Origin: Anthoceros angustus
Lineage: Eukaryota; Plantae; Anthocerotophyta
Assembly (NCBI GenBank): GCA_010909165.1
Contig: MU008174.1
Span: forward strand, 1,161,972-1,225,971
Length of the DNA: 64,000 bases
Direction: 5' to 3'
The notes below the pieces were generated by a model. That model saw nothing but the letters and a program-made list of their open reading frames with translations, ran no database searches and had not been told where the DNA came from. How positions within the stretch are numbered: the stretch's first letter is position 1; every line of letters begins with the position of its first letter. The translations under genes were made by a program, and so were the position numbers. Below, in pieces: positions 11,613-23,589 of this stretch.

Positions 11613-12825
11613 GTAGTCAAATGTCGGAAAGATGGCGTGTCAACCTTGACTAGATACGAGCTGGGGCAAGGCTTGTCGGATATGAATTCTCTAGTGAGGC
11701 ACCTGGAGGCTGGGGTGTTGGACGGCAACTGCAGACGCGCCTTCGAGCAAATGGCCCCACAGATAGAGTCGCCACCTTTGGACTATTGTAAAATATTATA
11801 TAAATAAAAGGACCAAAGTCAGCATTCCACTGACGGCCTGACAGGACATGAAGAACGCGAATCCCGTATCTGCAAGTGTTTATCAGAGACTAGCAGAGTA
11901 ATAATCATGCTGGCAACATCATATCCACGTACGTACGGGCTCCGAGCCATCCTTGAATACATGTTTCAGGTAACCAATAAGGTGGCAAGCTCACCTCTTG
12001 GCAATCTCGATTCAGGGATGAGAGGAAGCTATAGAGAATGCTAATCAAAGATTCTTATTACGAGTGTGAAGTTGATTCAGAACCAATTCATACGATTTGC
12101 GCACCGGGTGCTGAAATGCCGATCAGATGCGGTATACTCATCAAATGCTCTATCTAGCTAGATTCCTTGTGTGATCAGTGGTGCATTGAAGGTGGCTTAG
12201 TCCCATCCGCATCCACTCGACTCATACGAACTTTGCGGCTACAGGCTACAGCTGGCTGCAGGAAGCATCCCTGATAGACATGGGTGGCTTGGGGTCATAC
12301 GAAGGTGTGCAGGAAACTCCTCGATTATAGTTCGGCAACGCATGTCTTGTCCTCGCATTATTTTGCACAATTTGATCGGGCAAGTATGCTGTAAACACGT
12401 ACATATCTCCGGTAAGCCATAACAACCAACATGGCCTGTGGTAACGGGTGTGGATAGTGTTTCTCTCTTTTTTACAATTTTGATGTTCTTTCATATCTGG
12501 GTCTTGTTTCACATATTTTGGCTGCTATGCCTGGTCTTTGCTGTTATGCTTGTTGCCCACATATTGTCCGTGGAAGGAATGGGGTACGCTTGTTGTGAGA
12601 ATCCGTCCCCGAATTCAGATCATGCAATGCTTGGTGAATACAACTTGCCATGGAGGACATGTTTTGCCCAAATTAAAGACGAAAGGTGTGGGCCCAAACA
12701 AGGTACGTAGTTTTAGTACATACATGAAACAACCAGATGTGCAAAGACGGTGGACATGCACGGGTAGGTTGACAATTGGAGAGGCAATTGACATGTGAAA
12801 ACACACATTTGAACACAGCTTCTCA

Positions 12826-12884
12826 CAAGGAAGAAGAGCACAGCGGCGGCCGCCACTAGCGTGACCTGGTCAGCTTTTCGCCAT
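12826..12884 (-). pseudogene. Germin type-B remnant (signal peptide only)
   Basis: Encodes QVTLVAAAAVLFFLV versus QITVVAAAAVLCFLA in G3. Its upstream leader (12890-13050) matches 16440-16570. The gene body is absent. Confidence 0.75.
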
Positions 12885-13329
12885 CTCCAAGTCTTCTTGT
12901 AGAGAAATCTCAAATTCCAAGTCTGAACTTGGCCACTTGCCCTGGAAAGTTCACCGTCTGAAATTTGAGCTGGTGCTAGCGATACATATATGTATGCAAT
13001 CAGACAACTCACACCCGCCAATTCCTCGAAGAAAATGGCTGCCGATCGGCGCTAGTACTGACTCAGGCCTACACCAGAGGCAGTTGGCTGCAAGTGCTGT
13101 AGAAAATAGGCGGATGCTGCTCAGCAGGATTGAAAGACAATGTACGCTTTCTTAGAACAGGACTGGTGAGGTACGGAGATGAGAAGGATGCCTCCAGCTT
13201 CCAATGAGAAGGAGGCAGGTCACATGACAGGACATCTATTCCTATGACCTATCAATGTGGGTAGAGGATATCTATGAGCATGACTTATCATCGCGGGTAG
13301 AGATATCATCTACATATTCCAAAGACTTA

Positions 13330-14036
13330 TCAATGTGGGTAGAAGGCCTCCTGCTTCTTCTCGAGGGCCTTTACATGCTTGGCATTGATGCCAAACGTTT
13401 GTGACAAAACATCCACAGGAATGCCTGAGGTGAAGAGGGCAGGGCGAAGTTGGAAGCCGGAGAGTACTGCGTGTTGAGAGCTGAGATGACCCAGGATGCA
13501 CCATCTGCTAAATTCTTCATGAAGATCAAGGATCCCTCGGGAACACGAACACTTCACCCTGCTTCAGAACAGTGCTGTAGAGCTTGTTGGCTTGGGACGG
13601 CACGAATCCCACCTCCAGCTCGCCTTCCACCAGGTAGATGATCTCGGTGGCCCTGGCGTGGTGGTGCGGCGGGTTGAGCCCACCCTTAGCGAAGTCGATC
13701 CTCTGCAAAGCGATGCCGAGGGTGTTCAGCCCAGGGAACACGTTCACGAATCCGCTGGTGACCACTGCTCCAAGAGGGTGCTTGCTGGTGTCGCCGGTGT
13801 AACCAGGCCGGAGAACTTGAAGTCCTCGGCAGTCGTGTCGGCCACGGACTTGCAAGGAATCCATTGATGTGGGGGTTTGGATTGCTAGTGTCCTTGGCGA
13901 CGCAGAAATCCTGCAACGGGTCGGCGTCGTTCGCCAAGATGAAGCCCGGCGCAGACGCAAGGAACAAGAGCACAGCGGCTGCCACCATCACCGTGACCTG
14001 CACCCCTGTTCCTGATTGCTTCGTGTGTGCCGCCAT
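13330..14036 (-). CDS. GLP: Germin-like protein G2 (type A); 1 bp indels break the frame
   Basis: Signal peptide MAAHTKQ...AVLLFLA, DADPLQDFCVA, GLNTLGIALQRIDFAKGGLNPPHHHARATE, GEVFVFPRG, C-terminus KKQEAFYPH*. No intron in the CDS. Confidence 0.92.
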
Positions 14037-14281
14037 CTCCAAAGGCCTTAGAACCTTCCACAGCTGCCTTGCAAAACGGGTATACGCAATAGGCTGACGA
14101 AGAGCCCAACAAATGAGCTGTGGAGAGGTCTGACAGGCCTTCAACGTGATTGAGCACTACTCCACTTCGATTGAAAGTGCGATTGCTGTTGCTGATGAGA
14201 CCGCAAAGACAGAAGTTGTGAGCAAGCCTGAATGTGTGAAGCAGCTAAAGCTTGTTGACATGCTCGGCTCTGGCTACCTGC

Positions 14282-14287
14282 TTTATA
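14282..14287 (-). promoter_or_regulatory. Candidate TATA box of G2
   Basis: TATAAA ~245 bp upstream of the ATG, conserved in all three type-A promoters. Confidence 0.45.
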
Positions 14288-15745
14288 GTGGCCCCATTTG
14301 CTCAAAGACGCGTCTGCAGTTGCCGTCAACGTCCCAGCCTCCAGGTGCTTCACTAAAGAACTCATATCTTCAACGACTTGCGCCAGTTGCGATCAAGTCA
14401 AGCTGGACACGCCATCTTTCCGACATTTGACTCCTCCAGGATGCATGCTACTCCCAGGCCCAACGGGCCCACAGTCCCCACCTGGGGCCTACTATGCAAG
14501 CAACGAAGGACTGGTGTCAGCATCCCACGGAGAGCCTGACAGGACATACAGCACACGAATCCGGTAACTGCAATTGTTTAGTAGAGACTAGAGTCGTAAT
14601 CATGTTGGCAACATCATATCCACATAGCTACAGGCTACAACCCGTCGTTGAGAATAGAGACTTTATTATGAAAAACAGATTGGAAAAACCCATCCACATG
14701 TGACAAAGGAAACAACCCCCAGGAGAGTACAAGACCATAGCACTAACCCCCGTTGTGGCCGATCTTGTAGCTACCGACCGCGCCAAGAATATCAAAATCG
14801 GGGATAGGAATCTTCAAGATGTACATGTTTCAGCTTCATTGTGCAAGCTTGCCTCTCATTGGCAACGATATCGCATGCATTCAGCTATTGGAAGCAGCCA
14901 ATTGAAGACCCTTGTTACATGTGTGAAGTTGACCCATTTCATACGATATCTGCATCCGGTGCTGAAATTCCGACCAGATGCGGTATCCTCGTCGAATGCC
15001 CCAGATTCTACTAATATGATGACTTTTGCATTGAAGGTGGATTGGCTCCATCCCGCATCCACTCGACCCAGAGAAGGTTTGTGGCTACAGCTGCCCGCAG
15101 GAAGCATCCTTGGTGTTACAACGCGAAGGTGTGCAGGAAGCTGCCTGAGGTCACGAATGTCGTGTATTTGACTCCTTGCATTACTTTGCATGATTTTGAA
15201 AGTCTGCTGCCAATGCGTACCCGACCATAACCGACAACAAACAAGGTGGCCTCTGCTAACGTGTGTGGAGAGTGTCTTTCCTTTCTTAAGAATCGGCTGT
15301 GCTTGCACCTCTTGGTCATGTGATCACATGTGAACCATTCCTAGATTGTTTGGCTACTATGCCTAGTTTTGTTTGTAGTGGAACTTTACGGAAGGATCTG
15401 AGTACGGTTGTGATGAGAAGCCGTTCCAGAATACCAAATCATGAGATGCTTGGTGTATACTGCTTGCTTCCAGGAGGCCATGTGCAAGGTAGTTATAGTA
15501 CATGGAAAGAACATGATGTGCAAAAAGCGCTGGAATTGCAGTACTGCACGGGTAGGTTGACAACTGGTACATTTGCGCTGAGAGAGTCCTGTACCGGTGG
15601 AGACCGAACGAGGCTTTAGATGCGTGTGCCATCGACGCAACTTGATACACCAAATTGAAGAATTGGAAATCATATTTGTATTGGAACGATGAGCCACAAC
15701 GACATCCATACAGAGTATCGAAAAAACATGTTACAGATAGCTATA

Positions 15746-16433
15746 TCAATGTGGGTAGAAGGCCTCCTGTGTCTTCTCGAGGGACTTCACGTACTTGGCA
15801 CCCACGCCAAACGTTTGTGACAGAACATCCACAGGGATGCCTGAGGTGAAGAGGGCCGGGGCGAAGTTGGAAGCCGGAGAGTACTGCGTGTTGAGAGCTG
15901 AGATGACCCAGGACGCACCATCTGCCACATTCTTCATGAAGATCAAGGAACCCCTTGGGAACACAAACACCTCACCCTTCTTCAGCACGGTGGTGTAGAG
16001 CTTGTAGGCTTGGGACGGCACGAACCCCACCTCCAGCTCGCCTTCCACCAGGTAGATGATCTCCGTGGCCCTGGCGTGGTGGTGCGGTGGGTTGAGCCCA
16101 CCCTTAGCGAAGTCGATCCGCTGTAAAGCGATGCCGAGCGTGTTGAGCCCCGGAATACGTTCACGAATCCGCTGGTGACAACTGCTCCAAGAGGGTGCTT
16201 GCTGGTGTCGCCGGGTGTAACCAGGCCGGAGAACTTGAAGTCCTCGGCAGTCGTGTCGGCCACGGACTTGCACGGGAATCCATTGATGTGGGGTTGGGGT
16301 TGCTGGTGTCCTTGGCGACGCAGAAATCCTGCAACGGGTCGGCGTCGTTCGCCAGGATGAAACCCGGCGTAGAAGCAAGGAAGCAGAGCACAGCAGCTGC
16401 CGCCACCACCGTGATCTGGACCCTCGTTGCCAT
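15746..16433 (-). CDS. GLP: Germin-like protein G3 (type B); indel-broken
   Basis: MATRVQITVVAAAAVLCFLA signal peptide, QDFCVA, NPPHHHARATE, KKGEVFVFPRGSLIFMKN, ending TQEAFYPH*. Confidence 0.93.
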
Positions 16434-16746
16434 CTCCAACCTTGCTGGTGGAGAAACAAGTTCCAACTCTGCAAGTTCACGTCCGAATTCTAAGCTGGTG
16501 CTAGCGATGTGTGCAATCCACACCACTCACACCCACCAATTCCTCCGACTAAATGAAAGCCGATGGGCACTTCTACTGATGCAGGCCGTCAGCCTTGGCA
16601 GTGAAGATGTGAACTGCAACCTTCTGGTGTCGATCAAAGGCAGATGTTGCCCAGCTCGATTGAAAGAAAGAAGAATATTTGCTGAGAACTGCTGAGAACT
16701 CCTGATGAGATAGATGAGATATGGAGATCAGGAGGCAGCCTGCAGC

Positions 16747-16752
16747 TATATA
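16747..16752 (-). promoter_or_regulatory. Candidate TATA box of G3
   Basis: TATATA ~315 bp upstream of the ATG; same motif upstream of G6. Position alone is weak evidence. Confidence 0.3.
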
Positions 16753-18303
16753 TGTGATCATGGCCCTCAGGAGCGTTTGGGGCGTTTGAACTTTGCAGAC
16801 TCTGCACATCAGGTCAACTGAGTGCGGAAGGCACTCACTGCATCGTCATCGTTGCGCCGGCCTCTGTCAACGACTGGAGTCAAGCCTGACATGTCTTCAA
16901 GACTGACTAGTTTAATAAAACCACAGGCGGCGCAAGGCAGAGCCCACCTCCACCATGACCGACAAGAAGAGCCATAAAAATTCATCAGAGGAGTATGAAC
17001 AGTACTGTACACTGCGTATACGTCAGCATCCTACTGATCTGACATAGATCTGCATTCCATTACCGTAACGAATTCATAACCAAGTGATCAGATCCGCTTT
17101 GAGGCATTAGAAGATCCATCCATGAATCTACTTGAAAGCACGCAATCACCGACTGCAAGTGGCTGCATTTGTCTACTTATAGCCCGAATCATACGACATC
17201 AAGAGGCTAGAGCCTGCCTGTAGTAAATTATGATTTCTGGTCTCATGAGATTTCAGGCAGCTCGGGATCGATCATGATTCTCCTGACCAGATCTACTGGG
17301 TATACCCATGATGCATACAATGTAATGTATGTAAGCTTTCAAATGTAATACATGAAGCTGTGGAGGAAGCAGCGCCGTTGAATTGACGCTATTGGGGGTC
17401 ATTCCTGGTCGCGCACATCACCTGCTCATGCATTAGAATACGATGAAGAGCTACGTGGCTGCCGTGGCAGGTTCCACAAAGAGCAAGCAATTTGCAAAGG
17501 TGCCGGCTGTGCCGTCCATCGGTCCTGAGCTCGTCCCATAGATCTTTCCATGGGCTTTGTGTACATTTGCTCCAATTATGATTTTTCTCTGAAAAGGCCA
17601 TCTTCAAAACCAGTTTAAAAATTCATGGTAGTGGATACATCACAACGACATGAGATTCGAATACATGAATATTAGGAGGTACTTGTCATGGATATCCTCC
17701 AGTGGGTGCTTAGTCATATTGATGGTCCTCTTCAAGTACTTCCGGATCTTGGTGGTGGATGGTAACCAAGGTTTGTAATCACCACACCAGCACCTAATCG
17801 TATGCTCTCCAATCCCTCCTTTTATCCAATGCTTGAGATGCCTTCCACAAACCTTTTCAGGTTTGCTATTCCACTATAGCTGCAAATCTCTCTCTTGCCG
17901 ACCACTCTGCCTGTGAAGTTGGACTTCGAGATCAAGTTAACGCTACCCATAATTCACTCTCATCAGCCTAAGGACTCATCGCATGTTGTTCATAGGTATC
18001 ATGAAGAGAACGAGATTGTTAGCGACACGAGATAGGAAGGAGGAGAATTTGAAGGGCATAACCTTCGGGCTACGTAAGCTTATTTTCAGAGTAAACAAAC
18101 ACTAGTACACACAATAGGACAGCTTCTGTTTTCTATTTATGTATAATGTGCTTTGTCGGAGTGGAGTTCATGTACTAGCAATGTTCAGAGGCTATGGGGT
18201 GGAGGTGATCTCTTTAAGGGACCCTCCAGCATATGTGACAAAACAGAGTACATTTGTAGTAAACAAAACTGGGCATTATAGGTAGGAGGAGGAATTCCAA
18301 ATT

Positions 18304-19024
18304 CTACAGATGAAACAAGCGTTTCTGCGATTTGACGATGTGCTTGGCCTGCTTGTTGCTGATGCCGAAAGCCTGTGCCAGGACATCCAAAGGGATGTTA
18401 GAGCTCAGGAGCGCACTCGCAAAGCTCTGAGGCGGGGAGTACTGGGTGTTGAGCGCAGAGATGACCCAGGACGGGCCTGCTGCCACATTTTTCATGAAGA
18501 TCAAGGATCCCCGAGGAAACACATACACCTCGCCCTTGAGGAGCGTGGTCTTGTACAGCTTGTGGCTTTGAGATGGCATGAATCCTACCTCCAGCTCTCC
18601 TTCCACCAGGTAGATGATCTCTGTAGCCCGCGCGTGATGATGCGGGGTTGAGCCCTCCTCGGCTAAGTCGATTCTGTGCAATGCGATTCCCAGGGTGTTG
18701 AGCCCCGGGAACACGTTCACGAATCCGCTGGTGACCACGGCTCCCAGAGGATGCTTGCTGGTGTCGCCCGGCGTCTTGAGACCCAGGAATTTGAAGTCCT
18801 CGGCTGTGGTGTCGGACTCCGGCTTGCACGCGTAGCCGTTCACATTGGGCTGGGGTCGGTGGTGTCCAGAGCCACGCACAAGTCCTGTAGTGGGTCGGAA
18901 TCGGCAGCGAAAGTGACGCCCGGGCGCCCGATATGAAAAGCAGAGCGTGCGCTGTCATGATCATGACGAGCAGCTGGAGCTTCGTGCTTGCTGATCCGGA
19001 TCGGGATCGCCTCATGTAAGCCAT
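18304..19024 (-). CDS. GLP: Germin-like protein G4 (type C); indel-broken
   Basis: DSDPLQDLCVA, NGYACK, GLNTLGIALHRID, PHHHARATE, LKGEVYVFPRGSLIFMKN, ending SQKRLFHL*. Confidence 0.92.
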
Positions 19025-19204
19025 GATTTCAGCCTTCAGGACGTGCCCTGCTCAGATCAGGTCAGCTTGTGACAAGGCCAGCTCGGTGCAGTCTCGATCT
19101 GGGATGGGTGATGCTGCAGCAGTCTAGGCAGTGCTCAATGACAACAGCCTTGAGAAGCAGGATTGTCAGAAGTAGATGGAACACATCGCAGGCATGTATG
19201 GAAA

Positions 19205-19210
19205 TTTATA
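19205..19210 (-). promoter_or_regulatory. Candidate TATA box of G4
   Basis: TATAAA ~185 bp upstream of the first ATG; also present upstream of G7. Confidence 0.3.
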
Positions 19211-21785
19211 CCACCCCACAGTCCACACGGCTTACACCTTTTCACGACTGGTCGTGTTTGTGCACAGCTTTCGAGCCCAAGATCCTCAGCAAATCCACAA
19301 GATTTGAGGAACCAATCGACTGGCTGATACTAAAAAGTCTGCTCTCCGATAGTCGAGCATTTCGGTGCATACGTTGTGCATATGAGCCGCTGCCTGATAT
19401 CTCTCTATCGGCAGATAATGGTACAGGTAGCTGAGATTGGTGATGGCAATTGTCTTGAATGCACCGCCAGGATGGGCCGGCCGACTATTGCTGAAAGCCT
19501 TGGGCGAAGAGCGATTGGTACTTTGGTTGATGCTAGCACTTTCTTCTTCGCAGTGTTTTTTTGGGGCCAAGGTAACCGGTTGCATCAACAAGGAAATCAC
19601 AGCCAGAAACCCGGGCTTTGGGGCTGTGGCTGCTACAATTTTGCACAGTGACTGGTCCTGGTGGCTGCTGGCTGGTGCCACTCACTGTCTAATTCCTACT
19701 TTGCATTCTTGTATTGGCGAGTGGTTACAGCCGAAAGATTTCCCGAGCGGAACTACATGCGCGTCTTCCCCAAATTCTGCAGGCACATTTTCACCTAGCT
19801 CTCACAGGTTTATGGGCCCGGAACCCTAGATCCTTGACTCGAGGTCCGCACGCTTGTGGAGACGACTGCTGTTCAGGACTCAAGTCAAAGTTGATGAGCA
19901 TGCTCATCAACAGATCCTGCAAGGAAACAACCAGCGAAGCTCGCCCAAGGCCAATGGAAAGTGGGAGCGGGAACCGGGCCCATCTGGGCCCAGGAGTGGG
20001 CTGCTCTCGATTGTCGTGACCTTTCATCAGGTACATTAATCTTGTCAACTCCACAACCATAATTCAGCCTGTCTCTGACAGACAACGAGCCAAGCCACAA
20101 CAGAGCTCATTGGCGGGCAAAGATTGTCCCACAACAACGTTGTGTCAGGCTTGACCCGTTTAAAACACTCGGACAACCGGAAACCGGCATATTGTATGTT
20201 CAAATCCATCTGCCCAGCCGCACCGTATGTATGTACGCCGTGTGGCCGACGACTACAGCACAAGTCAATCTCACAGACGCGTACTCATACGATGGGGGAA
20301 GGGTATACATGCTGGGTTTCCTTCTACGTTTCAAATCATCCTATCTTCCACCACTCCAACAGAATTTCAGGATCAGAACCAGTACTCATTACTCACTAGC
20401 ACTCGGAGCAACTGCTACAAGGGAGCTTCGAATCCCGAGTCATCAAAACAGCTTGGTCGAGATCTCTTGTGAGGGACTTCACAAGTTCACACCACGACGT
20501 GATCACCCACAAGTCGGCTGCCAACCGAGCTCTGGGCTCTCCAAGTTATAAGAAAAATCACCAACTGTTATAAGAAAAATTAGACGACATTCATCGGAGA
20601 TGACAAAATTCAAACCGTTGTAAACCTTTTCCTACCAAAAAGTTCAAACCCGTATAAAAGCTATCGTTATAAAATAATAATATAAGTTATTCAAATACTA
20701 CCTACAGGACTAAACAAGGGTAGGGATAATGCGGAGTCATATCGTGAATATTTTCAATGATGGATACATTTGCCTAGTCTTGCAACAACACGGCCAAAAC
20801 ATCGAAAGGCTCTTCTAAGAATTTGTAAGACATCCACATCATAGTGAATGCAAGGGATAAATAAGCCTAGTGATGCTATGCGAGAAGCTGAGGTGTTAGC
20901 AGAAGTAGCTTGGGAAAGCAGCAAGCTGCAACTACCAACAAGCCCCAATTAGCACATGCAATTTATGTGCTACCTTCAAATGCAAAGCGTTGAGTCCACA
21001 GTCTCCTATAATTGATGATGTCTAAGCAAGATTTCATTTCTCATAGCAAGACCTAGAGTTCCCACAGCACTTCAGTAGCCCATCAGCACCCTCGAGTCCA
21101 AGCACACATCAGCAGCCCATCAGCCCCACATCACCCTACGGCTTCATCCTTGCACCCGGTTGCAATTGCCTAGTTCGGAAAAAGAAATCAGCAGAGGTGT
21201 ACCGTAGCCCATACCCGTGCCCAGCATCCGTCCTGCAATCTGGCTAGCTGATATAGTAGAGCTCGCCTCAAATCGGCTACGTCCTCGCACGGGGCTGCAG
21301 ACATTGCAACGTCCTGCACATCCTGCCTCATGTAGACAGGTCCTTCCCTCCCAGCTCAAGCTGAGCCTACAGAATAGCCATGGAAAATCAGCAAGATACC
21401 TTCACCACCATCTCAAAATGCTAGACAATGCAGAGCTCCTTGTAGCTCTTCCAGGCCACACCATGAGAGGGAGTCCAACAAAGTACCGCCCTTGCCCAGC
21501 CGTGCAAGAGCTGCTGCTGAGGCATTGCCGTGCGGCGATGCATCATCCGCCATCTCCCTAAGCCGCCAAACCCTACCGTGCGGATCTTTGCTCCACACCC
21601 CTCCTCCAGCTCCCCGGCCGCCTCCACCGCCGATGCGCCCGCCCGGCAGCACGCACTTCGATCCCGGGCCTCGCAAACAAGTCCAACGTCTAGACAGATG
21701 AAAAAGGAGAGCGTTTCGCAGTTTCAAACTTTAATAAAAACAATGAAAATTATCATGTCTTACGCAAATGAGTAAGTGGAGTGGT

Positions 21786-22931
21786 AGAGCTTCTGCTTCC
21801 TCTCGTGCTACTCACGGTATTGCCTCGGCGTGCGCTCTCAGACGCTCCTTATACAGGATGCATATTCAAGATATCAACCTCAGGAAGCGCCTATTCAACT
21901 CTCTGGTCATCCCATCTACTATGTATGGCGCGAACTCGGGGCCTTGATCTCCTGCCTTCTTCTTGGCCTAAGGTGGAAAAAGAACAGCTTCTTTTCTTCG
22001 TGCTCACATACTGTAATCGCTCTACCTCTTCATGTCCTTCGCTCGAGTTTGCCGCCTTTCCTTAGAACTTGATGATCTCTTCCGTCTTCCTCTTTCTTTT
22101 ACCGCCCACCTTCTTGACCAACAAAACCCTCACCTCCTCCTTACCTTCTCCTTGCTTTTCGGTCGTCTAGACCTCCGTGGAGATGGCTCTATTTTTGTTG
22201 GTATGCCAAAGCCTCCATGTGGCGGAAGCGATACCACTTTAGTCCTTCAAGCTACTCTCCTGCTTGGCCACCCTTCAATTAGCCGATCCCCTCCACACCC
22301 TCCCTCTAACCACCTTATCCATAAGGCAATCAAATTTCGATACCTCCGCCTTACTTGGTACCCTATTCCCTCTCAGCCTCTTTCTACCAAGCTTCTTTAC
22401 TATAAGGAGCACTTTCGTGATCTCTCTCTAGCTTCAAACCGCCACGCTACCTTAATTCCCCATGTCTTTCAAGCTTTGCTCTTTAACGGTCAATTTCGTG
22501 TCACCCCCATCGCCCGTTGAGATCGATCACTAGAGCCGCCTCCTGAAGATCGCATTTGTAGGCTCTGTTCTTCTAATACGGAATGCGGAATGCACTTTCT
22601 CTTTTACTGCCGTGCTGTTAACGACATCCGGGCCAAATACTCTCCTTTTTGAGTGTGCATGTTTTTCCCTGCGGCGCTTTTTTTCCTTTCATATTCCCAA
22701 GCTTTCTGCTCTATGTCTTTCTGAGATGCTTGATCACAGGCTATCCTTGCTTGGCCCCCTGTAACTTTCTTGTCAATCCTCCGCCTTTTATTTTCCCTAT
22801 TTTTATTTCTCTAGTTCAGACGTACGTATGCGTACACCCTCCTTCATCCAAGTTATGGCTATACGTTTCTATGCCATGGTGGTTTTCCACCCCATTGGAC
22901 ATAAATAAAAGTTGTTGTTGTTGTTGTTGTT
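21786..22931 (+). mobile_element. 5'-truncated non-LTR retrotransposon (LINE) with (GTT)7 tail
   Basis: Post-RT motif RKRLFNSLVIPSTMYGAELWG...RSTPLHVLRSEF. C-terminal CX2CX8HX4C knuckle CRLCSSNTECGMHFLFYC from 22557. AATAAA at 22904 followed by (GTT)7 at 22911-22931. Confidence 0.8.
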
Positions 22932-23000
22932 GTGCTCGCGCACACGAGGATGGGTGGTCGAATCCGCCTCCTCCGCGGGATTTTACGATTTTGGAAGCCT

Positions 23001-23520
23001 TTGTCCAAGCTAGCATTTGTGCACGATGTCATTTACTTAAGTATCATTTACTACTTGTTTTACCTTGTAGAACAACCACGGCACCACCTCTATGTCTTTA
23101 TTTTTCATTGCCTTTGTCCAAGCTAGCATTTATGCACCGATGTCATTTACTTTAAGTGTCATTTACTACTTATTTTACCTTGTAGAACAACCACACCACC
23201 TCTATGTCTTTATTTTTCATTACTATTACCTCTCTGTCCTTACTTTTTAACTATGGTGAATAAGCCCGATACCACTTCACGCCCGCAAGTGCGGCCTATC
23301 ATACATGACACTTTTCAATTATAAAATAAGTACCACCTTTATGTCCTTGTTTTTTCGCCCATCATACATGTCACTTTTCAATTATAAAATAAGCACCACC
23401 TCTATGTCCTTGTTTTTCACTATGGTGAATAAGCACGCACCACCTTCACGCCTACAAGTGCGGCCCATCATACATGATACTTTTCAGTTGTAGATAAGTA
23501 CCACTCCGGTTTTTTCTATT
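23001..23520. repeat. Nested ~110 bp and ~140 bp imperfect tandem repeats
   Basis: TTGTCCAAGCTAGCATTT...CTCTATGTCTTTATTTTTCATT occurs twice (23001, ~23114). CTATGGTGAATAAGC...GTGCGGCC.ATCATACATG occurs twice. Confidence 0.8.
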
Positions 23521-23589
23521 GTAGAACAAGCACGACACCACCGCGACCTCCATTCTGCATATAAAATATCACAATGCAATTGTCCGTGG

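Larger units (their letters stand above)
13229..22075. repeat. ~8.9 kb segmental duplication, copy 1 (germin A-B-C plus LINE start)
   Basis: Collinear with 32176-41017 from AGGACATCTATTCC to the LINE sequence CCTTAGAACTTGATGA, including all intergenic DNA. Confidence 0.95.

Noticed and set aside
16434-16750. 5' UTR intron in germin leaders
   Set aside because: Candidate AG acceptors exist, but no donor or branch point can be supported without transcripts.
17389-17607. 72 aa ORF nearly identical at 36431-36649
   Set aside because: Conservation is explained by the recent block duplication; no motif recognised.
19069-20551. Cluster of 100-180 aa ORFs upstream of type-C germins (also 38194-39489)
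   Set aside because: Frames disagree between the two copies, no family is recognisable, and the region overlaps the probable promoter. A decayed gene cannot be excluded.
20950-21780. Coding-like GC-rich stretch before the LINE (208 aa ORF at 40106-40732)
   Set aside because: Stops or frameshifts in the other copy and no motif I can name.
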